A stretch of 64,000 nucleotides of DNA from a virus. Shown here piece by piece: positions 37,441 through 46,595 of the stretch (position 1 is the first letter of the stretch; each line of letters begins with the position of its first letter). Location of the stretch: the UHGV virus genome UHGV-1358930; one strand, written 5' to 3'. Both the position numbers and the translations under genes were made by a program. Below the pieces are notes generated by a model. The model saw nothing but the letters and a program-made list of their open reading frames with translations. It searched no databases and was not told the DNA's origin.

Positions 37441-37995
37441 ATGAATTTATCTGATGTACAGAATCAATTTTCGTCTGAATTAAATAGCATGGAAACATGG
37501 TGCAAAGAACTATACGATACAATGTTTTCTATGTACTTCAAAGATCATAGGATGCTTGCAAGCAAACTTAGATCTCAGACTACTCCAATTTCTGATGAGC
37601 AGTTAGAGTGGATACTTACGCAAGTTCCATTAAATCTGTTTGACGCTTCAGAGAAGCTGTCTACATTGAGAACTAGATATGAAGTTATTCGACTTTCATC
37701 TAAAGAAAAGGAGTACGAAGCATACAAGCAGTCTGAAGAGTCTACAGAATCTAAACGAAGAGAAGCAGCTGCAGTAGCTACTACGGAAGATAAGATATTG
37801 CTAGTTGCGTTAGAAAATATCCTTAATCGTGTAGACAAGGAGATGTCATACTCGAGAGAGTTAATAATGTCAGCAAAGAAAATCTATGACGGACGCAAAC
37901 AGACTGAACGGTCTAACCCTGTGTCAGAAGTACCTACAAAGACAGATGATTTACCGGAATACTATTCAGAAACAATGTCCGGCAGATATGCGTGA
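37441..37995 (+). CDS. Hypothetical protein (possible clamp-loader accessory subunit)
   Basis: 184-aa ORF between the clamp loader and the recombinase. RBS GAGGTGA. Confidence 0.45.
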   Translation: MNLSDVQNQFSSELNSMETWCKELYDTMFSMYFKDHRMLASKLRSQTTPISDEQLEWILTQVPLNLFDASEKLSTLRTRYEVIRLSSKEKEYEAYKQSEESTESKRREAAAVATTEDKILLVALENILNRVDKEMSYSRELIMSAKKIYDGRKQTERSNPVSEVPTKTDDLPEYYSETMSGRYA

Positions 37996-38003
37996 GGTGA
38001 AAC

Positions 38004-39170
38004 ATGTCAGCATACGACGACATCATAAACAGAAAAAAGAAGGAATGGGCAGCCGAAGATTTGATGGAAGGAGCCAAGCATTCTAGAGGAAAGAAAATTC
38101 CGTTTTCTTCACCTTTGATGAACTGGGCTACATACGGAGGCATTCCAAGAGATAAAATTACGGAATTCTTTGGTGAGCCGTCAGGGGGTAAGTCGACTTC
38201 GGCTGTAGACATTTGCAAGAATGCTTATCCTATCTTCAAAGAAGAGTATGAAGCTAGAATGAATGAGCTACGTGACATTGCAAAGACTGGAAACAAATCC
38301 GCAGCAAGCGAGCTAGAAGATTTAGAGGAAACCGGACCGAAGAAAATCCTATACATTGACCTAGAACATTCATTTGATAGCGCATGGGCAGACACAATCG
38401 GTATAAAACCAGATGAAATTGAAATCATGCAGCCGCCAGATGTTGTCGCAGAGGACATTCTCCAGACTGTTCAAGATTTGATAAGTACTGGAGAAGTCGG
38501 ACTAGTTGTACTTGATTCTATTCCATCGCTTGTACCTAGAGCTGAACTAGAGAAGAAATATGGAGAACGAACTGTAGCATCACTGGCTGGATTGCTAACT
38601 ATTTTCTTTAGAAAGATTGTTCCTATGTTAACTCGATATGGGTGCACACTCATTTTTATCAATCAGATTCGTCAGAACATGGATAATCCATATGTAGTAA
38701 AGACTCCAGGAGGCGAAGCTCCTAAGTTCTATGCGTCTCTTCGTATCTTGTTCCAAATTGGACAGCCTGTTGACTTCTTAGGGAACGAACTTCCAAAGAG
38801 TTCGGAAAACCCAGCTGGATACATTGTAAATGCAAAGATATCTAAGCAGAAAAGCGCACCGAACGATCGTCGAAATGCTTCATATTTCTTGATGTGTCAA
38901 TCTGGTATCCGAGAAGATATGGACTTTGCGAATCTTGCTATGAAGAAGTACGGCATCATTCGCAAAGGAGGTGCTTGGTTTGGTTTTGTCGATCCATATA
39001 CTGGTGAAGCTCTTGAAGAAGACGGCAAGATTGTAAAAGTAAACGGTATGACAAAAGTTTATGAGTACTTAAAGAGTAATCAAGCTTACTATCAGAAATT
39101 AAAGAAATATATCATTGATGATATAAACGGGACAGACGAAGCAGTGTCTCGAGAATCTGATTTAATTTAA
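38004..39170 (+). CDS. RecA-family recombinase (RecA/UvsX-like)
   Basis: GGIPRDKITEFFGEPSGGKSTSA (Walker A), LYIDLEHSFD and VVLDSIPSLVPRAELE. Size 388 aa. Confidence 0.8.
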   Translation: MSAYDDIINRKKKEWAAEDLMEGAKHSRGKKIPFSSPLMNWATYGGIPRDKITEFFGEPSGGKSTSAVDICKNAYPIFKEEYEARMNELRDIAKTGNKSAASELEDLEETGPKKILYIDLEHSFDSAWADTIGIKPDEIEIMQPPDVVAEDILQTVQDLISTGEVGLVVLDSIPSLVPRAELEKKYGERTVASLAGLLTIFFRKIVPMLTRYGCTLIFINQIRQNMDNPYVVKTPGGEAPKFYASLRILFQIGQPVDFLGNELPKSSENPAGYIVNAKISKQKSAPNDRRNASYFLMCQSGIREDMDFANLAMKKYGIIRKGGAWFGFVDPYTGEALEEDGKIVKVNGMTKVYEYLKSNQAYYQKLKKYIIDDINGTDEAVSRESDLI

Positions 39171-39175
39171 TCAAC

Positions 39176-39210
39176 ATAGCGCTCATCCGTGGGCGCTATA
39201 ATTATATTAT
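39176..39210 (+). terminator. Possible terminator after the recombinase gene
   Basis: ATAGCGC-tcatccgtgg-GCGCTAT stem. The downstream T-run is weak (AATTATATT). Confidence 0.35.
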
Positions 39211-39228
39211 AAGATGAGGTGATGCTTA

Positions 39229-39741
39229 ATGAGCACTAAAGACTTCTCTAATATACAAGAAACCACTATTGCAAAATACTTGAATTGGTCGACTGTATCT
39301 GGTAGTGGAGCTACACCTTTTCATAAAGGAGACGTGTATTCCAGTACATGGTTAGGTGAGTGTAAGACTCGTATGAAATCCTCTAAAACAATCGTAGTTT
39401 ATATGTCGCACCTAATTAAGATATCAAATGAGGCGATGTTTGATAGGAAGAAATCTGTACTGTTTGTAGATGATGGAAGCCAATTATTGCCGTTTACCTG
39501 GGCAGTGTTCTATCCTCAGTCAATATTTCCAATATCTAACTCTATCTGTTGCATTAAAGTGAACGATAAATTGAATATAAATGAAAAGACTGTTACTTTT
39601 GAGCACATCAAGCTGAAATCGTTATATGAAACATTGATCAAAAAATTTAAGCATGTTGTATTTGTACTAGATTGGAAAGCTAAACAAATCTGTCTGGCTC
39701 CTATATCAGAGTTCAAATACATATCTGAGGTAATGCAATGA
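39229..39741 (+). CDS. Hjc/PD-(D/E)XK-like Holliday-junction-resolvase candidate
   Basis: AKYLNWSTVSGSGATPFHKGDVYS...LGECKTR fits the Hjc-type pattern E...SG....GD(V/L)...ECK. RBS GAGGTGA. Confidence 0.4.
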   Translation: MSTKDFSNIQETTIAKYLNWSTVSGSGATPFHKGDVYSSTWLGECKTRMKSSKTIVVYMSHLIKISNEAMFDRKKSVLFVDDGSQLLPFTWAVFYPQSIFPISNSICCIKVNDKLNINEKTVTFEHIKLKSLYETLIKKFKHVVFVLDWKAKQICLAPISEFKYISEVMQ

Positions 39742-40655
39742 AATCTATTCAAGATGCGGGAAAAGAAATACTGTCAAAACATCCATGCAAATTCTATGTA
39801 TTTATAGGAGAAGAGTATGGAATAAAACAAAGATACTTAGACATATTGTCTACAGTATACGCTAGAACCATAACATATGAACATGTATCTGATATCATTG
39901 CGATGTGTCAAACAAAACGAATTATACCTTTACCTCCTACCTTGTATGTTGTTCGATACGATGAAGAGTATGTAAAATCGCTGAATGACAAATCAGAGCT
40001 TCAGATGAAAAAATTGAATTTACCTGGAACACTTGTTTTGATCTACGAAGATAAAAAACAAAGCGATAAGCTCGAAAAATATTTACCTTCATATACAACA
40101 TCTATTGATAAAGTAGATATTAAGTTCATGATAAAGTATCTAAGGCAAGATTATCCAAATCTCTCGGAAAACGTCTGTAAGTATATATGTGATGTATGCA
40201 ACACTTATGGTCAAGCTAACATGTTTGCAAAATGTTTATCAGCATTACCTAGTAGTCGGCTATCTGCACTATCTAAATCTAATGTGCAAAGCATAGTTGG
40301 ATATTCCGCACAGTCTACAGATAGTTTAGTGAAAGCGGGGGTAGCTGCTAGAGATGTTTCGTATCTTCTTAAGATTATAGATATCTATGAAGGAGATTAC
40401 AATAATATATTCTACGATATATTATCTACTATGATTGATCTAGATAAGCTTAAGACTAACCCGTATTACGACTGTGAAGCAAAGCCATATAGCAAAGGTT
40501 GGCCAGGACCGGATATTTACAACATGTTTGTGCTAACTTATGATACACTAAAGATCTCTAGGAGTTACGGCCAAGTTGATACAAAAGAACTGATCACATC
40601 ATTGATATCAAACTTGGCGTTCAGCACTATTCCTAGTTCCGGGAGGTACGCATGA
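39738..40655 (+). CDS. Hypothetical protein (possible clamp-loader delta-like subunit)
   Basis: 305 aa, translationally coupled to the downstream delta-prime-like AAA+ gene. No motif recognised. Confidence 0.45.
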   Translation: MKSIQDAGKEILSKHPCKFYVFIGEEYGIKQRYLDILSTVYARTITYEHVSDIIAMCQTKRIIPLPPTLYVVRYDEEYVKSLNDKSELQMKKLNLPGTLVLIYEDKKQSDKLEKYLPSYTTSIDKVDIKFMIKYLRQDYPNLSENVCKYICDVCNTYGQANMFAKCLSALPSSRLSALSKSNVQSIVGYSAQSTDSLVKAGVAARDVSYLLKIIDIYEGDYNNIFYDILSTMIDLDKLKTNPYYDCEAKPYSKGWPGPDIYNMFVLTYDTLKISRSYGQVDTKELITSLISNLAFSTIPSSGRYA

Positions 40656-41434
40656 TTTTTCAGAGTCAGAAGTCTCAGCTTACTCAGTTATCAGAATTCT
40701 CTAAGTCCAAATGTCATAGCATTTTGATTCATGGGCCTAAAGGTTCAGGAAAGACATATTTGGCCAAACAATACGCAGATATGCTCCGTGTACCAAACTT
40801 TCAAATAATCAAATGCGATGTGGCGACTATACGAGAAACAATAGATAGTTGCATCTCTCTGAAGTCTGATGTTGTCTTATGCTTAGAAAATCTGGATACT
40901 GCTGTTCTTGTTGCGTCTTACACAATATTGAAATTTTTGGAAGAACCTCTGCCAAATGTATATATTGTAGTAACTTGCCGAAATATCGAACAAGTTCCAG
41001 ATACTATACTGAGCAGATCTGTGGTAGTAACATGTAGCTGTCCTACCGATTCAGATATTGAACAGTACGCAGAATCCGAAAACTTAGCTAAGTTCTCTAC
41101 AATAAAACATACAGACATTTGGAGAGCTGTCAAGTCTTTTTCCGATGCTAAGTTAGTACTTGGTATGTCTTCAGATCAGATTAACTATTTCTGCCAGATA
41201 GATTCGTTGATGAAGTTCCAAGACTCTGTGTCTAATATCGTCTGGGCGCTAGGACATTACTCAGATAATACTGAAACGCCTATCCAATTTGTGCTACAAT
41301 ACATCATGACGAAAACATCTTCTAAAACAATAAAGCAAGCGGCGATGGCTTGTATCCGAGATCTAGCTCTAAGTAAAGTGTCAGCACACGCTGCTTTATC
41401 TCGGTTTGCATTTGAGGCCAAATATGTCGAATAA
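40652..41434 (+). CDS. Clamp-loader delta-prime-like AAA+ subunit
   Basis: Walker A ILIHGPKGSGKTYLA. LEEPLPNVYIVVTCRNIEQVPDTILSRSVVV matches the delta-prime pattern LEEPP...fil.t.....l..TI.SRC. Confidence 0.65.
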   Translation: MIFQSQKSQLTQLSEFSKSKCHSILIHGPKGSGKTYLAKQYADMLRVPNFQIIKCDVATIRETIDSCISLKSDVVLCLENLDTAVLVASYTILKFLEEPLPNVYIVVTCRNIEQVPDTILSRSVVVTCSCPTDSDIEQYAESENLAKFSTIKHTDIWRAVKSFSDAKLVLGMSSDQINYFCQIDSLMKFQDSVSNIVWALGHYSDNTETPIQFVLQYIMTKTSSKTIKQAAMACIRDLALSKVSAHAALSRFAFEAKYVE

Positions 41435-41927
41435 TATTCAATACAAGTCAATAAATGGTTCAGACTACTACGCATGCACCGATGGACATATTTATTTCAA
41501 ATATGGACTAACTGGTGGATATAGCAAGCTATATGAACGACTCCATCCTGATGGTTATCTCGAAGTAGCTAAACCATTTTACGCTAAAGGTAGAAACTAT
41601 GTTCACAGAGTGATTGCAATTACATTTTTAGGGTATCCTAAAGATTATTATGATAAACACTACGTAGTAGATCACATTGACGGAAATCGTCTAAACAACA
41701 AACTAGATAATTTGGAGTGGATAACGCAAGCTGAAAATGTTAGACGCGCTAAATCACGAAGACATAAGAACATGAGTGTGATGTGTATCGAAGATGACAA
41801 ACAGTTCGATACAATCTCAAAAGCTGCTAACTACTATAATATCCGATACTACAGTATCTACGGATCGTGTATCACTGGAAGACCAATTCACGGAAAGACT
41901 TTCAGGTTTGTTTCAAAAATAATTTGA
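41424..41927 (+). CDS. Free-standing HNH homing endonuclease (NUMOD4/HNH_3)
   Basis: INGSDYYACTDGHIY...HRVIAITFLGYPKD..YVVDHIDGNRLNNKLDNLEWITQAEN. Confidence 0.75.
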   Translation: MSNNIQYKSINGSDYYACTDGHIYFKYGLTGGYSKLYERLHPDGYLEVAKPFYAKGRNYVHRVIAITFLGYPKDYYDKHYVVDHIDGNRLNNKLDNLEWITQAENVRRAKSRRHKNMSVMCIEDDKQFDTISKAANYYNIRYYSIYGSCITGRPIHGKTFRFVSKII

Positions 41928-42094
41928 TGTAGGTGTTCAACCTTTTTAGCATAGTGCACTACCGGTGAAAACATACAAAATTCTATTTACAGAATACCTT
42001 AGAATCGTTAAATATATCAGCGGTAGAATATCACAGACAAGCAATGTAAAAAATATTTTCGTTGGACTAGAGCAAAAATTATGGAGGTTCCAAG

Positions 42095-43060
42095 ATGGAC
42101 AGATATTACTTTAGCGGATCGTTGACGCAGCAGATGCATGACTATTTGGTTGCAATGCCTGACTTCAAACCGCTTGACATTTTGATTTCTCAGCTCGACA
42201 AGAGTGCAATCACAAAAACTATTCAGTGGAAGAGAGAAGGCTTCTGCCGATCCTTATTTATCGACAGCGGTGCGTACTCAATACATACTGGAAAGGCAAA
42301 AGTTACGGTAGACGAATACATCGATTATTTGAATTCTATAGATGATGATATTGATGTATGCGCACAACTTGATACTATTCCTGGTCATTTTGGTAAGACA
42401 AAGAACAAAGAAGACTACGAGGAATCAGCTAAAAAGAGTTGGGAAAATTTCTTGTATATGCGAACAAAACTTAAATCTCCAAACAAGCTGATGCCTGTTT
42501 ATCATCAGGGCGAAGATTTTTCTGCTTTAGCTAATATGTTATCGTGGCGAGATGAAAACGGGAAGCAATTAGACTACGTTGGAATCTCTCCGTCCAACGA
42601 TAGAAGCGTTAAGATGAAGGACATCTACCTTAAAGAAGTAGAAGAATTCATTGCACGTTCAGATAATCCTGATGTAAAAACACATCTGTACGGATACACT
42701 TCCATGCAGGGTCTCAGCAAATATAAATGCTATTCCTGCGATAGCATTTCGCATAGACATATTTCTGGATACTGTAAAATCTTAGTTCCGGAATTTGGAG
42801 TCATTTCCGTATCTCAGAAGTCTAGAACTTCTAAAACAAAGTCAAATATGAGCTTCCTTGACACTGCAGATGAGTATAACAAGAAAAAAGTAGAAGAATA
42901 TATCAAAAATTTAGGATTTACTTTAGATGAAGTAGTAGCATCTTCTTCTGTTCGTGTAGCTATCACTATACATGCAATTCGAGATATGCTAGATGATAAA
43001 TATGTATACAAGAAAGAAAACGTGCTTAGACCTAAGAAGTTATTTAGTTTTCAAGCGTAA
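42095..43060 (+). CDS. dpdA: tRNA-guanine-transglycosylase-fold protein, candidate DpdA (7-deazaguanine DNA transglycosylase)
   Basis: LFIDSGAYSIHTG resembles the TGT catalytic DSGGFQ motif. MPVYHQGEDF resembles the TGT/DpdA core. A Cys/His cluster CYSCDSISHRH...C is a possible Zn site. The genomic context is que genes. RBS GGAGG. Confidence 0.5.
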   Translation: MDRYYFSGSLTQQMHDYLVAMPDFKPLDILISQLDKSAITKTIQWKREGFCRSLFIDSGAYSIHTGKAKVTVDEYIDYLNSIDDDIDVCAQLDTIPGHFGKTKNKEDYEESAKKSWENFLYMRTKLKSPNKLMPVYHQGEDFSALANMLSWRDENGKQLDYVGISPSNDRSVKMKDIYLKEVEEFIARSDNPDVKTHLYGYTSMQGLSKYKCYSCDSISHRHISGYCKILVPEFGVISVSQKSRTSKTKSNMSFLDTADEYNKKKVEEYIKNLGFTLDEVVASSSVRVAITIHAIRDMLDDKYVYKKENVLRPKKLFSFQA

Positions 43061-43073
43061 GGAGAGTTAAAAA

Positions 43074-43637
43074 ATGAGTTTAAATGATACTAGAGACCGT
43101 ACTAATTTTGAATCTGGTGCTGTTCGAGAGGTGCTAGATACTAATGGCAGATGTGACTTGATGCCTCTCGGTATAATTGCAAAATTATTTGAAAGAGACC
43201 ACCCTACCACCTTCCATATACTAAAAGCACTTGACGAATATATTTACACAGGAAACCAAACCTATATTTATGATGCTATAAATGAGTTTATCTTCAACGA
43301 CAAACCATCTTGTATTTTAGACTTGTCAAAACACTACAAAGAGGCATTAGCTAAGTATCCAGAAAGAAATTGGGAGAAGGGGTTGCCTTCTCATTCATTT
43401 ATTGATTCAGGTGTTCGTCATTTGATGAAAGTTCTTCGAGGGGACGACGATGAACCTCATGATCGAGCGTTTCTTTGGAATATGCTAGGTCTACTGTGGA
43501 ATGATGAGCATCATCCAGAACTTGTGGATCTACCATTTGTAGACAAATTGACAGTTCCAAACAGATATGTCAAGGGAGATGAAAATTGCATTGGTTGCGA
43601 TGAACAGGCATTCTCTTCTGTTCTAGCTTATCGATAA
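43074..43637 (+). CDS. Hypothetical protein
   Basis: RBS AAGGAGAG. 187 aa. Conserved-looking motifs NFESGAVRE..D...L..GI.AKLFE and SGVRHLMKVLRGDDDEPHD...WN.LGLLW are of a type seen in phage DUF proteins. No function assigned. Confidence 0.45.
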   Translation: MSLNDTRDRTNFESGAVREVLDTNGRCDLMPLGIIAKLFERDHPTTFHILKALDEYIYTGNQTYIYDAINEFIFNDKPSCILDLSKHYKEALAKYPERNWEKGLPSHSFIDSGVRHLMKVLRGDDDEPHDRAFLWNMLGLLWNDEHHPELVDLPFVDKLTVPNRYVKGDENCIGCDEQAFSSVLAYR

Positions 43638-43671
43638 CCTTAGATAACTTTGATACTAGCATACACAATCT

Positions 43672-44010
43672 ATGTTTTGCATCTTGTATCACATCATCTA
43701 TAGAGTGTTGATACATATGGATTTAGCATTTGGAGGATATTGTAATATGGCACTGATTGAGAAGTCTGACATGGCTACACTGAAATCAAGCGCAGAAGTT
43801 GCAGAAGTAGCAAAGTCAGCGAAACTAATACTCGAAGAGATGTCCGTTGCATCTTTAATAAATGAAGCTGCCAATACGGGTAACACTGAAGTATACTGCA
43901 CTAGAAATTTATCATCCGTTATCAAAGATAAGCTGGTTTCTTTAGGATATACAGTTGAAGCCGTGCCAGAAGCATTGCCTATGCAATATTGTTATCTGAT
44001 TAGATGGTGA
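43672..44010 (+). CDS. Hypothetical protein
   Basis: 112-aa ORF; the start could be the internal ATG at 43717. Confidence 0.4.
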   Translation: MFCILYHIIYRVLIHMDLAFGGYCNMALIEKSDMATLKSSAEVAEVAKSAKLILEEMSVASLINEAANTGNTEVYCTRNLSSVIKDKLVSLGYTVEAVPEALPMQYCYLIRW

Positions 44011-44014
44011 TTTC

Positions 44015-44389
44015 ATGGATAATACATTTTCAGTAGTATTATGCAAAGAATCTGAATTGGTGGAATGCAGAAAAGTATTCAGTGAGTCTGAGATAGCTCC
44101 TGTACTTTCTATTCATGTTCCGCATGAATACTTCACTTATTCTAGGTACGCCATACATCAGATATCTGATTCTAAGCATGCAATTGATATTTCTAGGTAT
44201 GTCAGACCTAGATGCTCACCAGCTTGGTTAGATATTTGCACATGCGGATTAGATGTATCACCTGGTCAACATGATTATGTTGTTCGATACTATGATCATA
44301 GTACTCAGTCGTATGCCTGTGCATACTTTGGCTACATTATTCAAACTGATAATATTAACAAGCCATACCTGTACATGAATAGAGAATAA
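44015..44389 (+). CDS. Hypothetical protein
   Basis: 124-aa ORF with compact spacing to its neighbours. Confidence 0.45.
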   Translation: MDNTFSVVLCKESELVECRKVFSESEIAPVLSIHVPHEYFTYSRYAIHQISDSKHAIDISRYVRPRCSPAWLDICTCGLDVSPGQHDYVVRYYDHSTQSYACAYFGYIIQTDNINKPYLYMNRE

Positions 44390-44419
44390 TTCCGGCATAT
44401 TCGAGCACCATCATTAAAT

Positions 44420-44995
44420 ATGGAAGTGATTGAAGTGAATTATATATATGGAGCTAAATTATTTAGATCTAGCTGCCGTAAAGAACATATCAAAGCTAAC
44501 ATAGCTAATCCAATCAATACTGAGCTAGTAACTCAGCTCAGCAGCATGATAGATACTGTAGATGACGATACAGATGAGACTATTGTTGATTCTATTCCTG
44601 AGGATGCCGATTCAACTGTAGAAGAGCCTGATATGGTTGATGATGAAGATGCTGATCAAGCTGGTTCTAGTGATGAAGACGAAGACAATGGTTCAATATC
44701 GGAAGAAGATTTTCCAGAACCTGATGAATCGCAGCCTGACAATATAGACTCAGAAGATTCAACTGTTGACGATACAGATAGACTCGAATCTGCATTGAAC
44801 AGTAACTCGAACACTCAAGGAGTAATTCGCTGCGCCGAAAAAGATGATGAAATCTGGGTGTATTACAACGATGGCATAAATATCAGCAAAATATTGCCGG
44901 ATATCATGGATGAACTTGATGCTAGCAACATCACAGATATGTCATTTAGTAGAATTGCACGATCTAATAACGCTATCGTGTTTGACAGAAAATGA
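44420..44995 (+). CDS. Highly acidic hypothetical protein
   Basis: The central 90 aa are about 45% Asp/Glu (DDDTDETIVDSIPEDADSTVEEPDMVDDEDADQAGSSDEDEDNGSISEEDFPEPDESQPD). Confidence 0.5.
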   Translation: MEVIEVNYIYGAKLFRSSCRKEHIKANIANPINTELVTQLSSMIDTVDDDTDETIVDSIPEDADSTVEEPDMVDDEDADQAGSSDEDEDNGSISEEDFPEPDESQPDNIDSEDSTVDDTDRLESALNSNSNTQGVIRCAEKDDEIWVYYNDGINISKILPDIMDELDASNITDMSFSRIARSNNAIVFDRK

Positions 44996-45321
44996 GAAAT
45001 TACCATCCACTACCGATAACAGAAGAGCTTGACTTCCATTATCTATTGACTCTGATGCCTGTGTTAAAAAATCTACCAGAGTACTCAAACTTACCTGAGT
45101 TGTTTTCTATCATTGGATACTCCAAGTTAGTAGACCTGTGTAGATACGCCGGAGGGGAAACTATTGTTGTACCTACGTTAGAAGAACTAAGTAAATCTGT
45201 GAACTCAATTCAATGGTTTTACGATGTATATATTAAAAAATGTAAGCAGGAGTCAGATATACCTTCTATATATGTAGACGAAGTATCAAAGATAAAAATT
45301 GAATTTAATAAGAATATTTGA
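44992..45321 (+). CDS. Hypothetical protein
   Basis: 109 aa, translationally coupled (ATGA overlap). Confidence 0.45.
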   Translation: MRNYHPLPITEELDFHYLLTLMPVLKNLPEYSNLPELFSIIGYSKLVDLCRYAGGETIVVPTLEELSKSVNSIQWFYDVYIKKCKQESDIPSIYVDEVSKIKIEFNKNI

Positions 45322-45527
45322 TGTTAGAACATATAAAAGCCAGAATAGAAGCTCGAAACAAGAAGAATGCGTTTAAATCGTTTTCAGCATTCTACACAGA
45401 TTTTGTCTGGAGAATGCAAGACGTTCAAATAGCTTCAGAACTTGAATACTTGATATCTTACAACAGATTAACGGCATTATCTTTAGATAAGCTGATTGCA
45501 GCTGAAATGAATAGGAAGGTGATATAG
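45318..45527 (+). CDS. Hypothetical small protein
   Basis: 69 aa, coupled (ATGA overlap). Confidence 0.4.
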   Translation: MMLEHIKARIEARNKKNAFKSFSAFYTDFVWRMQDVQIASELEYLISYNRLTALSLDKLIAAEMNRKVI

Positions 45528-45528
45528 C

Positions 45529-45858
45529 TTGATAACTGCGACAGACTTACAGCAAAGTTATATCAATTTATATAAACAACTTAGAGAATACTTGTGGCCG
45601 TTCCACACAGTAGAGCTCATTGCAGAGCTTGAAATTGAATGCTATTCATCATTCCCGCAAGTGAATAACTTGAGAAATATATATAGTAGACTGAAAAGTG
45701 AAATCTTTTCTGAATACATTTCTGACGACGATGAATATCGCACTCTTAAAGAGGCTTTCAATAAATTTGATTCTACTTTAGCAAAAGCAAAAAATTTTCA
45801 TGATATATATGCAAAAATACCGTCAATGCGTGAGGTGACTCGGTTTGAAAATAAGTAA
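45529..45858 (+). CDS. Hypothetical protein (TTG start)
   Basis: 109 aa. Confidence 0.4.
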   Translation: MITATDLQQSYINLYKQLREYLWPFHTVELIAELEIECYSSFPQVNNLRNIYSRLKSEIFSEYISDDDEYRTLKEAFNKFDSTLAKAKNFHDIYAKIPSMREVTRFENK

Positions 45859-46027
45859 GAAGCTTGAATCTTGTGATAGCTGTAACGTAGTTACAGGTGC
45901 TAAAGATGCAGCTATCTGTAAAATCAAAGAAGCGATTGAGCAGCTTGCTACATGCTGTGCAGACGATGAAATCGCAAGAGATTCTATTGCTAATCTCAGT
46001 GTTGTTTTATTTGACCTACAAAAATAA
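45845..46027 (+). CDS. Hypothetical small protein
   Basis: 60 aa with a CxxC..CC pattern. Confidence 0.3.
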   Translation: MKISKKLESCDSCNVVTGAKDAAICKIKEAIEQLATCCADDEIARDSIANLSVVLFDLQK

Positions 46028-46052
46028 TATTTTATCTAGGAGGTAGAATATT

Positions 46053-46595
46053 TTGAAAGACCTCAAAACTGTTGAGGAGAATCAGAATCTTCAGATACAC
46101 GATCCTAACTTGAACTTTCAGAAGGAGGCCGTCGAACGAATGCGGACCTCCTTATTGTCATGTACGATTGATTCAAATAGTAAAACTGCTACAGCTGCGC
46201 TTCAGCAAATTGCAATAATGCGAATATATCATCAAGTAAGTAGAGTGATAAAATATCTTGACTTGATGGATAAGCTTGAAAATAAGCTTTACGAGTCTAT
46301 AGAAACTTCTATGGATAATATGTCAGCTGCAAACCCTTCTACTTGGGCTATGTTACTGCGAATACAGTCACAGCTTCAGTATAACATGGTACAATCTCAA
46401 AAGCTACTAGAGCCTTACATGAACATGGATACATTTCATGTTCCGGATTTCTCCTCAGATAAAGACTACATTGACGCAGATGCTAAGCTTATTCCGCAAG
46501 AATCTAGAGAGAAACTACGAAATACTGCACAAGCAATATTGACAGAGCTGAATAGTAGTACTTCTGGAGGTGATACGGATGAATCTTCCAGCTGA
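46053..46595 (+). CDS. Hypothetical protein (position compatible with a terminase small subunit)
   Basis: RBS AGGAGGTAG. 180 aa, directly upstream of and overlapping terL. Confidence 0.45.
   Translation: MKDLKTVEENQNLQIHDPNLNFQKEAVERMRTSLLSCTIDSNSKTATAALQQIAIMRIYHQVSRVIKYLDLMDKLENKLYESIETSMDNMSAANPSTWAMLLRIQSQLQYNMVQSQKLLEPYMNMDTFHVPDFSSDKDYIDADAKLIPQESREKLRNTAQAILTELNSSTSGGDTDESSS

Noticed and set aside
37886-38086. 66-aa + strand ORF bridging two genes
   Set aside because: Out of frame with both flanking supported genes and has no start signals.
34600-38458. Numerous 60-100-aa antisense ORFs inside the clamp, clamp-loader and recA genes
   Set aside because: They lie fully inside well-supported + strand genes and lack RBS. 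They are typical AT-rich antisense artefacts.
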